DNA of 64,000 nucleotides from the human T2T-CHM13v2.0 reference genome, Homo sapiens. The DNA lies in NCBI RefSeq assembly GCF_009914755.1, contig NC_060936.1, one strand, 5' to 3'. A program made the translations under genes and the position numbers. Below the pieces are notes generated by a model. That model worked only from the letters and a program-made list of their open reading frames with translations. It did not search any database and was not told the origin of the DNA. Shown piece by piece: positions 27,586-42,024 of the stretch. The first letter of the stretch is position 1. Each line of letters starts with the position of its first letter.

Positions 27586-28932
27586 CTGAAACACAAGGAA
27601 AAACAAAGTAGCAATCCTCATATTTTAAACAATTTGCATAAATTCAACCAAAAGCAAGCCTCTTCGTGTAACATTCTGGGCCAATAAAACAAAATAAAGA
27701 GTTCTTCTGAAATGTTGATCTATTTAATGTTGAAGTAGACATTCCAAAGGCATAAAATCATTGTTAGATAAGATTAATTCATTATTTTTTCAAACTTGAC
27801 TGGTATGCAAGCAGACCAGAGCAGGTAATTTTTAAAAGTCATTATCAAAACCAAGAAATAAAATTAGGTACCAAGATCCTTCATGTTTATCACCTTAATG
27901 ACAGGGAAGATAAGCTGGACTTACTCAAATAGATAAAGCTAGAAACTTTTCTTCTCAGCTTACTAAAGAAATTGGTACAGAGCCACTGGAAAAAATACTC
28001 ATTACCCTCTCACATACTCTGAGGCAGAAGAGTTGATGCCAGGATGTGAAATGAATTCCAAAGAGTGGTAAGCCCCTCCAAGGTAAGATATGATACTTAA
28101 ATTGTTTCTCCTTTTGCAGAGTGCAGGAGAAAGAAGTTAAGCCATAAAAGTGAGTAAGAAGAAAACTGAAAAATTCAAATTCTTAACTGATGAGTGTAGG
28201 ACTGCCTAAGATTGGGGACAGAGCAAGAGAATCTCAAACTCCATCCCATGCCTTTCACTAAGAAACATCAGCAACTGACTGTTGGGGGAAGAGCAAGAGC
28301 ACAGATAGTTAAGCCTTCCAGGCTGCAGGCATACAGCCCTCCACGCTTCACACTTAGCACAGGGTAGCCGGAGCATGCCCATAAAGAAAGTTGAGGTTAG
28401 TGGTGAGCTGAGGGTAATGATAATAACCATAAAAAACAAACCCAGTTCAACTGCTGACTAGATTGACTCAATCCTCCATCCTAATGATCTAGCAGAAGAA
28501 AAGAACTCCCATTTCTAGGCATAAATAATATTTATCTCAGTCTCCAATGGTCTTGTATGTATAATGTCCATCATTCAATTAAAAAATTAAAAGACAGGAA
28601 AAAGCAATAAAGAATATAAACCATTGAAGGAGTTAAGAAGTCATCAGAGCCAGACCCAGAGATGAATCGGGTGTTGAAACCATCCAACAAGGAATTTAAA
28701 ATAATTATAATTAATAAGTTAAAGGATCTAGTGGAAAAGATATACAAATATATTAAAAGACAGAGACATAAATTAAAAGTAAAAATATGGGAAAAGATAT
28801 ATCATGCAAACACTAAGGAAAAGAACGTAAGAGTGACTATATCAATATCAAGGGGGAAAAAAATGGCATTCTAACAGGGAATATTACCAAGGATAAAGAC
28901 GAACATCGAATAAAGTTTAAGAAGGTCAAGAC

Positions 28933-29548
<616 letters not shown>

Positions 29549-30507
29549 TATTTTAAAAATCAACAGTGATATAGAAGGCTTTAATAATACTATCAGCCAG
29601 TTTAATCTAAATTACATTTTTAGAACATACTAGCCAACAACAGCAGAATACATTTCACACATGCACTCATGGAACATTAATGAAGATAGACCATATTACA
29701 GGCCATAAGACAAGTCTCAATAAATTAGAAATGATTGGAACATGCAAAGTATGCTCTCTTTCCATAACAGAAAAGTAAGATATCTGAGGATTCCCCCAAA
29801 TATCTGGAAAGTAAACAATACATTTCTAAATAACCCATAGTTCAAAGAAGAAAACACAAGGAAATTTGGAAAGTATTTTGAATTTACTACAAATGAAAAC
29901 ATAAAATATTGAGATATGTGGGAGGCACATAAAGCAGTACTTAGCAATTCATAGCATTACTTATATTAGGAAAGAAGAAAGCTTTCATATCAATGATCTA
30001 AGGCTCACATCTTAAGAACCAAGAAAAAAAATTAAACCAAAAGAAAGCATAAAGAGGGAATAAAATAAGAACAGAAATCAATGAAATAGAAAATAAAAAC
30101 AGCAGAGAAAAATAAATGAAACAAAAAGCTGCTTCTTTGAATAGATAAAAAAGAGGTAGAAGACACAAATTCTAATATCAAGAATGAAAGAGAAGTCATC
30201 ACTACAGTGCATGCATTAAAAGGATAATATAGGAATATCATAAATTTTAAAAATACTAAACAATTAGCAAATCAAATCCAGCAAAACATTTAATGTATAT
30301 CATAACCAAATTTGATTTATCCTAGGAATGCAAGACTGATTTAATAGTTGGAAAGAAAGTAAAACAACTCAGCACATTAACAAATGAATGGAGGAAAAAA
30401 TAATATAATTGGATGAATAAATGCAGAATAATTTATAAAATTTTATATTTATCATTAAAAACTCTTAGCAAACCAGGAATCAAGTAGGACTTCTTTAACT
30501 TGATAAC

Positions 30508-30536
30508 CACACACACACACACACACACACACACAC
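30508..30536. repeat. (CA)~14 microsatellite
   Basis: Direct read. Confidence 0.97.
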
Positions 30537-31158
30537 CAAATCTGACATATGACAAAGGAGGAACTGCAAATCAATAAATAGTGCTATCGACTTTTAATAA
30601 GTAGTGCTAAGATAATTATTAATATGCCAAAAACCTATGCAATTTGATCCCCACTCATATCATGCACAAAAATAAATTCCACATGATTAAAGACCTCGTG
30701 CAAAAGAAAAACATATTAAGTTTTGCAAGATGATAACGAATGGATGAAAAGGATTTTTTAACAAAATAGATAAATTACACACCATAAAGGAAAATGTTGA
30801 CAAATCTGACTACAGTGTAATTAAAACCTTCTGTTCATCAAAAGACATCATGGAGAAAGTGGAAAGACAAGCCACAGAGTGGAAGAATTTTTTTCAACAC
30901 GTATAATTGTCAAAGGACTACTATCCAGAATATATAAAGAAATCCTACATGTAGAGAGAATCAGTAATTGCAGAAATGTGAATAAAAGCACAATAAATAT
31001 CATTTCATACTCATCAGATTGGCAAACCTTTTAGCCTAAAAACATCAACTATTTATAACGACGTGCAGCAATGAGAACTCTTACACAAAGCTAGCAAGAG
31101 TGTCAACTGTTATAATCCCTTTTGAAAACATTTTGGCATTGTGTAATAAAGTTGTTGA

Positions 31159-31470
31159 GGCCAAGTGCAGTGGCTCACACCTGTAATCTCAGCCCTTTGG
31201 GAAACTGAGGCAGGAGAATCGCTTGAGCCTAGGCGTTTGAAACCAGCCTGGGCAATATAGTGAGACTTTGTCTCTACTAAAAATAAAAAAATTAGCTGGG
31301 TGTGCTGGTGCACACCTGTAGTTGCAGCTACTCAGAAGACTGAGGCAGGAGGATGGCTTGAGCCCAAGAGATTGAGGCTGCAGTGAGCCGTGGTCATGCC
31401 ACTGCACTCCAGTCTGGGTGACAGAATAAGACCCTATCTTTAGTAAGTAAGTAAGTAAATAAATAAATAA
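31159..31470 (+). mobile_element. AluJ
   Basis: Dimer; TSD aataaagttgttga. Confidence 0.93.
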
Positions 31471-31552
31471 AGTTGTTGATATGCATACTCTACAATCTAG
31501 CAATTCCACTCTTAGACAAATACTCAAATAAATGCCTACATATGTACAACAG

Positions 31553-31830
31553 TTCGAAGAATGAGCTCTGAAAGAAGTATGAAATCAAGAGAACTTGACA
31601 TCTTAAATTTATGAAGGACTCCATTTAAATCATACCGAATACACTGGTGCAGGAGATTTTTGAAGAAGAATTAGAGAACAATTGCAACAGGATGTCTGAA
31701 CCAGGTGCTAAAAGTTGAAAGCTTTGATGATATCACAGAGAATCAGAAGGCAGCAATCCTCTGGCCAGGTCTACTGTTGATCCAAGTTACCTGGAAGCAA
31801 AATAGATTTCCCTCCAAAAAAAAGTGATGA
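31553..31830 (+). pseudogene. Unidentified CDS-like fossil, possibly the 3' end of a processed pseudogene
   Basis: About 90 codons with two internal stops, followed by UTR-like sequence; begins abruptly at an L1 break. Parent not recognised. Confidence 0.3.
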
Positions 31831-32559
31831 AACTACATTGTTTTTGTTTTGTTTTTATAATAGGATTATCTGGCTTGTGCTAGATTATTAATTCTTTGCT
31901 TAATAATTTAGGATGTGATGTTTAGGATCCAGTTTCTTATTAAGAAAAAACCCAGCCCTAGCAGCCTCCAAATCTACGCAGTTTAATCTTGGGCATACAT
32001 AAATATTATACTCAGAAATAAAGATTGAGTAATTCTGTTCAAAGATATTTAGGTCAATATTACCTATATATCACCTATATATTGCCGGATACCTAGTGAA
32101 GTTTTGGCATTCGCTGCATTCTAATAATGTTAATTTGTTATGTGGAATAAGAATTTAGCATTTTTTAATTGCAGAAAAAATGTAAGTACAGAAACAGGAA
32201 AAGCATGAGCTTCCCCCCTTCTAAGCTGAGAGGTTGATCACTTTTTGTGCCAATGCACCAAAAATGAAGCAATTTAAACATTATTGTTTTAAGGCTGAAA
32301 TTATAATGTCTTGATCTTAAACTAAATGTAGCTTCATGATTTCCTCATCACATCTCATTTAGTAAATACAAAATTCATTAAAGCAAATGCTTAAGATAAT
32401 TTAAAATGCAGTTCATCATAAAAATGTTTAAAATATGTATCCCAGGGAGTTCTGAAAAAAATTCTAAAGGAAAATAAATTTCTTTAAAAATGTGTTTAAA
32501 AGTCACATGGACTAGATAGAATAATTAAGGCACATAAATGCAGAGCTGTGTTCTCTGTA

Positions 32560-32800
32560 ACATTCTGACTGTGGCTCAAACTATGTGGGTTTTTCTGAAA
32601 ACCACCTCAGTCACTTGCTATGACATCACTGATATTTAACTTCTTAGAGCTTCCATTTTCTAATCTGAAAATAAGGATAATACCTATCTCATAAGGATGC
32701 TGAGAGAATTAAATAAAATAATGCATACATGAAAGATGCTTAGCACAGTTTCTGGACATGGTAAAGGCTTAAAAAATGTTAAATATTATTGTTATTATCA
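32560..32800 (+). mobile_element. MIR
   Basis: tttaacttcttagagctt..ctgaaaataaggataatacctatctcataagg..ttagcacagt. Confidence 0.7.
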
Positions 32801-32980
32801 ATAATAAATTTATGTAAATAATGTGATTCTGACTTGGCATTTTCTTAATTATAGATCCTGACATTTTCTGGAGAATTCATTGGTCAGAGGATGTCCAGAA
32901 ACTGTATAGATTTTCAATTCACAGACTATTTTGTTTTAAAATATATATATGAAAGAGAATAAATCATTTGGTGCCCATTC

Positions 32981-33298
32981 TATTTATTTATTTATTCATT
33001 TATTTTTATTTTTAGAGACAGGGTCTTGTTCTGTCTCACAGGCTGGAGTGCAGTTGCGTCATTGTGGCTCACTGCAACGTCGAACTCCTGAGCTCAAGTG
33101 ATCCTCCTGCCTTAGCCGCTTGCGTAGCTGGGACTACAGGTATGCATCACAATGCCTAGCTAATTTTAAAAAAAATTTTTTTTAGAGATGGGGTCTCACT
33201 GTGTTGCCCAGGCTGGTCTTGAACTCCTGGGCTCAAGCAATCCTCCTGCCTAGGCCTCCCAAAACACTGGGATTCAGGCATGAGCCACCAAGCTTGGC
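32981..33298 (-). mobile_element. AluJ
   Basis: Diverged dimer. Confidence 0.92.
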
Positions 33299-33436
33299 TA
33301 GCACCCATATTTTAAACAATCAATTAAACTGCCTTCTGTTTACTCAATGAATTTTCTACTAGAAGTTAGAGGTGACTATCTTTTTTAAAGTCTGGATTCT
33401 CTAAATCTGAACTCACTTTCTAAAGAAAAGAATAGA

Positions 33437-33529
33437 GGCTGGTCCAATGGTAGTGGTTTATCAGAACTTATTCACATTAGTGTTGCTAAAGTTGGTATAT
33501 GACTATCCACTGCTAAACTCACTGACATT
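33437..33529 (+). pseudogene. Y4 RNA (RNY4) retropseudogene
   Basis: GGCTGGTCCAATGGTAGTGGTTTATCAGAACTTATT...AAAGTTGGTATA...CCACTGCTAAA matches hY4 over its full length with substitutions; followed by an A-rich tail. Confidence 0.92.
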
Positions 33530-35321
33530 AAAAAATAAAAAAATAAACAAACAATTAGAACATTGAATAATTAGCATGTATCGGTACTCATCTGATAATA
33601 GCATATAAACAAGGCCAGTAGCTTATACCTCTAAGTGAAGGTAAATGAAAATGTCTCAGAAATTGAAAGCGGCAAGAGTATTTAACTACATAATGCAAGC
33701 ATTTTCACAAAAAGTTACTGGGTAAGCCAATAAGGGGTAAACTAGCAAAAACAGCTTTGTAATCTTTCTCTTTATAGTCACTCAAAAGGAAAAGAATCTA
33801 ATATCAAAAATTATACTTAATGCAAAGCAGAAGATTACATTCAGATACGTTTTTCAATGATGGATATTTTCCATAGGAATGCATAAATTGCATTCCTCTT
33901 CAGTTACTCTGGGGATTCTCTTGGGGGTAATGTTCTATGTGGTATTTTATTGGATATGGAATGCTTCAATGCAAACACAGAAAGCATCTGCTATTAAGCC
34001 AACGTATATCTACTCTACAACTGCAACTTCTCTTGAGTTTGAAACAAAAAGCTACTGATGATTAATTGTAGCTCTCTTCTAAAACCCACAAATTTGTTGG
34101 TAAAACTTTATAAAACTACTTTTATCATTTCTTTGTTACCATATAACAGACTAAGATAATGATAATAAATATAAACAGTCTTATAAATAAACAGTTTATC
34201 ACCTTATCACACTGTAGTCCAGGAAACACAGACATAACTGATGTTATAATTGTACCAAACTAAAAAGAAAATGAGTGAGGGACTTCAGAAAGACACTGAT
34301 ATCATTTTTCCAGATAAGGTGAATAAAATTTTTAAGTAAACAACATAATTATTGAAGGGGCTAATTAAAGTTTTAACCTCTCATGGTTTCATCATGATCA
34401 TTGGTTATATTTTTAAACTATAACAAAATTATTACCTTAGAATAGTTTTCTTTAATGTCAAAAAATGCTTTCTTGCTATAATGACATACACTATGTTTCT
34501 ACTAAAAGCTAGTCTGTCAACATTTCTTTTAAATTATTTAAATTCTTCAGGGACTAATTGCACTATTAAAGCCAGTGGAGAGCATCTAAAGATAGTCTCA
34601 CACAAATTAAAAACATTAGTAAAAACAACTTGTCAATATACTAAATAATATGTGAGATTCCTCAGTATCCACAAGACAGAATTTTAAGTGCCTAATGCTT
34701 GAATAAGCTCAGTTGATGAAATAAAGTTTGAGAGTGGGAAGAAATTATCAGCAGGTTAATCTAGGGACTGTTTTAAAAATCCAAATTTATGTTTTGTTAA
34801 ATTTAGAAATATATGTTTCCAGTAAATGTTTAGCACTAACGTCATGGAATATATTTCAAATTCTGTCAAGAATTCCTTTGCACATTCCGAAGGAAACCCA
34901 AAGCAAAAGTTCATTTTCTTAAGAAATAAATCTTTATAATCAACAGCATAATAAGTCTGGCCCCTTCCTATATCCCTACCTGTTTTCTCCATCTCTATGT
35001 ACCTCTGCATTTTCACCTATCCTCCTCTCAAGACTTACCAGAACTCACATGCAGAAATTACTCTTTGAGTTTCAAGAAATGCAAAAAGATGGAGGAGAAA
35101 TATTTTCCATTTTTTTCATATTTTTAAGAAGAAATGCATTGGAACACCCTTTTAGTGAAGAGCTTTTTATTTAAACAAGGGTAGGCATATTTACCTCCCT
35201 AGTCCCTAATCCATTACCTTTACCATTTCCCTCCCACTTGTAGACAAGGTGGTAAATGGCTGACGAACTCTCTAAATTTTCTACTTCCTTTACCATAGAT
35301 CATGCATTATTTTTTAAATAA

Positions 35322-35525
35322 ATGTATGTATGTATGTATGTATGTATGTATGTATGTATGTATGTATGTATGTATTTAGAGACAGGGTCCTGCTCTGTTG
35401 CCTAGGTTGGAATGCAGTGGTGCAATCACGGCTCACCGCATCCTTGATCTCCTGGACTCAAGTGATCCTCCCACCTCAGCCTCCCAAGTAGATAGGACTT
35501 ACGGGTGCATGTCACCATGCCTGGC

Positions 35526-35556
<31 letters not shown>

Positions 35557-35677
35557 AGTAGAACTGAGGTCTCACTATGTTGCCTTGGCTGGTCTCAAAC
35601 TCCTGAGCTCACACAATCCCACCTCCTTGGCCTCCCAAAGTGCTGGGGTTATAGAAGTGAGCCAGCGTGCTCAGCCT
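35322..35677 (-). mobile_element. AluJ with tail expanded to (TATG)~13
   Basis: Diverged dimer, long internal T run, tetranucleotide tail. Confidence 0.9.
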
Positions 35678-35898
35678 AGATTATACATTCTTAACAGAGG
35701 TGAAAACTGGTTCTTGAGAGGAGAAAAAATATCACTCATTTTATTTATAAAGCCCATTTACACATACAGCACATAAATGGATAAACAGTAGATGTGCAAA
35801 ATGAAAATTTCATGGGTAGGTATATTTAGAAAAAAAAATTGATTCAAACGGCTCCTTCAAAAGGTGATGATGAAAATAAAAGATTGAAAAACACCGCC

Positions 35899-36256
<358 letters not shown>

Positions 36257-37624
36257 TCAAGATACTATCCTCCAAGCTCTTGGCATGGCTGCAGTTCCAA
36301 ATCAGGTACCTCTGGTTACAAATGGCTGTTTTCTTCACCCTAGGGTGCCATCCAAATATTATTAATTTTTATGTGTGCCATGACATGAGAAAGATTAGAA
36401 AACACTGCCCTAGAGAAATGAATCTCTCTACTTTCCTGGGACAACTGAGGCTGTCAGTTGTAAGACCCTTCATCTTAGTCTCTATCCCCTAGCCCGTATC
36501 TGTGTATTTTCACCTGTCTTTCTTCAAGACTCCTTTTCTTACCACAGTGAGATAAGGGGTTATCCTTTCTTTCCAAGGCTACTGTGTGGCCCACCGTTTC
36601 ATGGGCCTTGCTCCCTCACTATTCACCATCTCTCATGCATCCTTGATCTTTCCTTCTCTATTACTCCTTTGCCTCCTTGCCAACAAACGTACCCACATGT
36701 CTCTTCTCTTGGAAAAAGTTCCTCATCTGGACTTCTAAGTGTCATTCTAATTCTTTTCTTTTCATTGTCAATTAATTAATATGAAGTCTAAAAGTGCTAC
36801 TTCTAAGATGTTTATTGTTTTATACTATTTAATAAATGCAAAAATAATATTTATAAAATACATGTAAGTTACAAAGACTTACACTACAAAAAAACACCCA
36901 TGTACCCACCACTCAGTTTAAGAAAAGGAATTCATTATCTTTAGATTTGTAGTGCCCTCTGTGCTCTTCCTTAATCCCATATCCTTCCTTCGCTATCAGA
37001 GTGACTATGTTTGTGTTTTTTATTCTCGTGCTTTTCTCTGTGTTATTACTACATACATGTATATTCCTAAATACTATATAATTTGGTTTTACGTACCCTT
37101 GAACGTTATATAAATGGAATAATTTATCACATAAGTTTCTGAGATTCATCCTTGCTCTTCTGGGACATGTAATTAATCCATTTTTATTGTTAATAACATT
37201 CTATTGTAAGACTGTACTTTCATTTATCTAGTCTGCTACTCAACAAAACTGAACTCTCAAATGACTTCCTGATCACTGAATAAACAGTCCGTCTTGAATC
37301 CTTCTTGGCTACAATAACATAGCTTTCATCCTCCTTCTAACCAATGCATCTTGAATTCAGAAGCTATTTCAAGAGCAGATAAAAATAGAGACGATAAGGG
37401 AGAGGAAGTATGCGATTGGGGATATCTTGTTTGGGACACTGGGTAGCTAACACCGCTAACTGACACAGGAAACACCAAAGGGCAGGTTTGCGGGGAAGAG
37501 GATGAGTTCAGTTAGAAGCTTCAGATGTTCCATGTGGAAATATCCAATTTAAAGTATGGATCTAGAAAGGAACAGATGTGTCAAGACTAGGGATAAAGCC
37601 ATGAAATGAGCCGTATGACAAGGA

Positions 37625-37768
37625 CAAGTTGTTCTCAAACTTTTGCATATATCAAAATCAATTGATGAGTTCTACCTCCGAGCTGCTGATTCAGGCTTAA
37701 GCATCTGCATTTCTAATAAGATCCCAAGTGATATTGCTGGTCTGGGGACCACACTTTGAAAATCTCTG
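37625..37768. mobile_element. MER5-like hAT MITE
   Basis: gttctcaaactt..tctgcatttctaataag..tctggggaccacactttga. Confidence 0.75.
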
Positions 37769-38672
37769 GATGAGACAATATTGCCCATAAAGAAGGTGAA
37801 AACTAAGAATAGAAGCTCAAGAGCAGGGTCTTGAAGAATACAAAGAGACAGGTAGAAAGAAGGAACCAGTGAAGGAAAATGAAAAAGAATTTTCAGAGAA
37901 GCGATGAGAATGGTAGAATTGCAAAAAGGGTATAGTAAATAGTATTAAACAACTGAATAGAATGAAGACTGAAAATAAGTTATTGGATAAAGTAATTAGG
38001 AGGTCACTGGAGAGCTTAGTAAAAGCAGTTTTGTAGAGTGAGAAGGAAGAAAAATACTATAATGAGTTGAAAAAATACAGACTACACTTGGGAAAGTTTG
38101 ATTGTAGAGAGTAGAAGAGACAGAACAGAAGCTTGAGAAGGCAGAGCACTATGGGAAAGGTGACTTGGGATAAAAAACTTGTGCACATTTGTAAGCTAAA
38201 GGGAAAAGATGTAAGAGAGGAAGACATGGGAGATACCGGAAAAGTTAAAATAATTGATGGAGTAAGGCTCCCATTGGAATTGTAATGGAATAGTATCCAG
38301 GGCACAGGTCAACTAGTCAGTCCTGGGCAAAAGAATCAGCTCTTCTGAGATAGGGGTGAAAGAAGTTAAAAATAGACATTGTTAGAGATACGAACAGAGG
38401 TGAAGGGAAAGGAAAGAGCACGCTGGGAGAGACATGCCTAAAGACTCTATTTTCTCTGTAAGCCTGCCCTACAACAAACATTAAAGGAATTTCTCCAGGC
38501 AGAAGGAAAATAATACCAGATAAAAACCTGGATCTACACAAAGGAAAGAGTGCTGGAAATATAACTTTATATGATAAAATCTAAAAGATATATTTTTCAT
38601 TTTTAGTCTCTTTTTAAAAATAACTGAAGCAAAAAATAATAACAATATATTACAGGATTTACTATTTCAAAA

Positions 38673-38735
38673 AAGTAAAACGTATTTCAAAAAAGAGTAC
38701 ATAAGTAAAACGTATTTCAAAAAAGAGTACATAAG
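38673..38735. repeat. 30-bp tandem duplication
   Basis: aagtaaaacgtatttcaaaaaagagtacat x2. Confidence 0.95.
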
Positions 38736-38983
38736 AAAGAGGAGTGGTATTTCAAGTATAGTGACATAAGCTTCTTATCCTATATGTAAAGTGGTTTACT
38801 ATTGTTTGAAAGTAGACTGTGATAAAAAAGATATAAGCTCTAAATCAATGGTTCTCAAAGTGTGGTCTAGGGGGTCTGAGGAAGGTTAGATCTAGAAATC
38901 CCAACACCTAGCTAACAGAAGTACCAGAAAGAGAGACTCACGTTTATGTTAGCATGATAAAGGCTTTAAGAAATCCCGTAGTA

Positions 38984-39663
38984 GGATGTGGAGAAATAGG
39001 AACATGTTTACACTGCTGGTGGGACTGTAAACTAGTTCAACCATTGTGGAAGACAGTGTGGCAATTCCTCAAGGATCTAGAACTAGAAATACCATTTGAC
39101 CCAGCCATCCCATTACTGGGTATACACCCAAAGGATTATAAATCATGCTGCTATAAAGACACATGCACATGTATGTTTATTGAGGCACTATTCACAATAG
39201 CAAAGACTTGGAACCAACCCAAATTTGTCCATCAATGATAGACTGAATTAAGAAAATGTGGCACATATACACCATGGAATACTATGCAGCCATAAAAAAG
39301 GATGAGTTCATGTCCTTTGTAGGGACATGGATGAAGCTGGAAACCATCATTCTCAGCAAACTATCGCAAGGACAGAAAACCAAACACCGCATGTTCTCAC
39401 TCATAGGAATTGAACAATGAGAACACTTGGACACAGGAAGGGGAACATCACACACCGAGGCCTGTTGTGGGGTGGGGGGAGGGGGGAGGGATAGCATTAG
39501 AAAATATACCTAATGTAAATGACGAGTTAATGGGTGCAGCACACCAATATGGCGCATGTATACATATGTAACAAACCTGCACGTTGTGCACATGTACCCT
39601 AGAACTTAAAGTATAATAAAAAGAAAATAAAAAAATAAAGAAGAATTAACACCAACAACAATA
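38984..39663 (+). mobile_element. 5'-truncated L1PA (~0.68 kb) with TSD
   Basis: ORF2 C-terminus ([12 protein letters not shown]), G-rich 3'UTR, A-rich tail; TSD AAGAAATC(C/T)CGTAGTA at 38968-38983 and 39664-39679. Confidence 0.95.
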
Positions 39664-40274
39664 AAGAAATCTCGTAGTAAGCAAGTTTGTTTAACTTAAT
39701 GTTTAACAAATTTGATTGACCACAGAACTCACTTTTCAAGTTATACTTATTAACATCTCACAGAACTAGTGTTACCATGAAATATATTTTGGAAAATGCC
39801 ACTAGTTCTGAAAGACATTAATAAATATTAAAAAATATCCTAGTCACAATATGAACACAGATATGCCTTAAACAATGTATGCATTCTTGTAGCTAATAAA
39901 ACATAAATTAGTAGCTGCATATTTTGAGAAAAAAAAAATCACAGGCTTTAGAATAGACCCGATCTGGTTTTCAATCGTGACTCACCACTTACAAGATAAG
40001 AGACCTTAGACAATCTACTGATCTTATTGTGAGGATTATACGACACAACATGTATAAAAAAAACCTGTAAGTTACCTGGTACATAGTGGTAGGTACTCAC
40101 TAAATAGCAGATAATGATGATAATGATGAAGATAAACAAGAGTCCTTTAAATAGTACATTCCCCAACACATTTTAAATGAAATTCAATTCTCAAAAGTTC
40201 CATCTTATTTGAGGAGCATAGAGTAAACCATCTCTATTAATGTTTTTTAAAGAGTGGAATTTATAAGCTCATAG

Positions 40275-40397
40275 TGTACCACCATGCCCGGCTAATTTTT
40301 ATAATTTTTGTGCAGACAGGGTTTGGTCGTGTTGCCCAGGCTGGTCTCAAACTTATGAGCTCAAGCGATCCACCTGCCTTGGCCTCCCAAAGTGCTG
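40275..40397 (-). mobile_element. Internal Alu fragment lacking both ends
   Basis: 123 bp of linker plus left arm; no tail; flanked by ATAG on both sides. Confidence 0.88.
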
Positions 40398-41359
40398 ATA
40401 GCCAACTAAGAGGTTTACTTACTGAGATACTAAAAATATATTACTATGAATATCACACAATGCCACAGCACAGACATCCAAGGAGAGCATTTCAGTGAAG
40501 CTCTAGAATTGTTTCTTACTTAAGGTAAAACAACTGAAATATGCATTAAAGCCTTATAATAAAAGGGTTATTGTAATTTAAGTTAAATTTCTTACTGAAA
40601 TGTTGTTTAATATAGCTCTAACAGTCATTATGAGTAATGTTTATGCTAATGAACTCATCCATTAATATTCACAGAAGAGGATCTGAAGAGGAGGGAGGAA
40701 AGCAGTAGTTATTCCAGGCAGTGAAAATTAGATGAATCTTTGTAGGGACAATATAAAAACCTAGTTAGAATGATAATGAAAAAATTGCGCATGTCTTTGG
40801 GAAACAATGAGTCCAACCATGTACAGAGGGCCTTGAAAGCTAGGCAGAAGAATTCAAATTTGATCTGATAGGCAGGGAAAAAAACCACTGTTAAATTCAT
40901 CATCTTAGGACCCATGTAATAAAAACAATGTTTAAGAATGACTAGGCTATTAGTGACACTTAATTTGCCTCAAATAGAGAGTGAGTCAGGAAGCCTACTT
41001 TATTACTTGAATGATGGCTATATTGAGACATTAGGCTACAAGAGTAAGACATGCTTGTTATATAAATAAATGATTGAGCAAGTGAACTGTGTTAAAGGGC
41101 AAGCAGACAATGGCTTGGTCATTTTTCAGTCAAAGAGGATGAAGGACCAGGTTGAAATAGATGGTCCCACAATTTTATGTGTGGGTGACGGGGAGAATGG
41201 TGGCATGAAGAGAGAGACCTATAGGGAAAATTTGTTCATTGATATTCTAAAGTGATATAAAAATTAAAATATTCAGTAGAAATTTTAGACATGAAATTAG
41301 ATTTTGAAGAACTTGCCTTTATATGTCATATATATTTTTTACATATATACATATATACA

Positions 41360-41657
41360 TTTTTTTTGAGACAAGGTCTTGCTCTGTTGCCCAGGCTGGA
41401 GTGCAGTAGCGTGATCTTGGCTCACTGCAACCTCTGCCTCCCTCCCAGGCTCAGAAGGTCCTCTTGCTTCAGCCTCCCAAGTAGCTGGGACTACAGGCGT
41501 GTACCACCATGCCTGTAAAAATATAATTTTTATATTTTTTGTGCAGGCAGGGTTTGGTCATATTGCCCAGGCTGGTCTCAAACTCATGAGCTTGAACGAT
41601 CCACTTGCCTTGGCCTCGCAAAGTACTGGGATTACAGGGATGAGCCACCGTGCCCAA
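41360..41657 (-). mobile_element. AluJ
   Basis: Full dimer. Confidence 0.92.
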
Positions 41658-41796
41658 CTGACATATTTTCTTTTTACATAGATATGCAAAGTAAATTACA
41701 TTAAATATGTAGTATATCCTGGGACATGTTTTTCCCCAAGTAGAATTACTTTTTAAATTATATTGATCTAGGCTGTACTTAAAATCTACTTTAGTG

Positions 41797-42024
41797 TTCA
41801 ACAATGAGAACACATGGACACAGGGAGAACATCACACACCAGGGCCTGTCAGGTGGGGGGCAAGGGGAGGGAGAGCATTAGGACAAATAACTCATGCATG
41901 CGGGGCTTAAAAACTAGATGATGGGTTGATAGGTGCAGCAAACCACCATGGCAAATGTATACCTATGTAACAAACCTGCACGTTCTGCACATGTATCCCA
42001 GAACTTAAACTAAAAAAAAAAAAA
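41797..42024 (+). mobile_element. Short L1PA 3' end with TSD
   Basis: acaatgagaacacatggacacaggga...gaacttaaa, polyA; TSD aaaatctactttagtg (41781-41796) and aaaatccactttaatg (42025-42040). Confidence 0.92.

Noticed and set aside
27334-27621. 95-aa ORF overlapping an SLC41A2 exon
   Set aside because: Wrong frame; splice phase and SLC41 motifs support the other frame.
38660-38735. Short direct repeats as a CRISPR-like array
   Set aside because: Adjacent copies without unique spacers, mammalian context, no cas genes.
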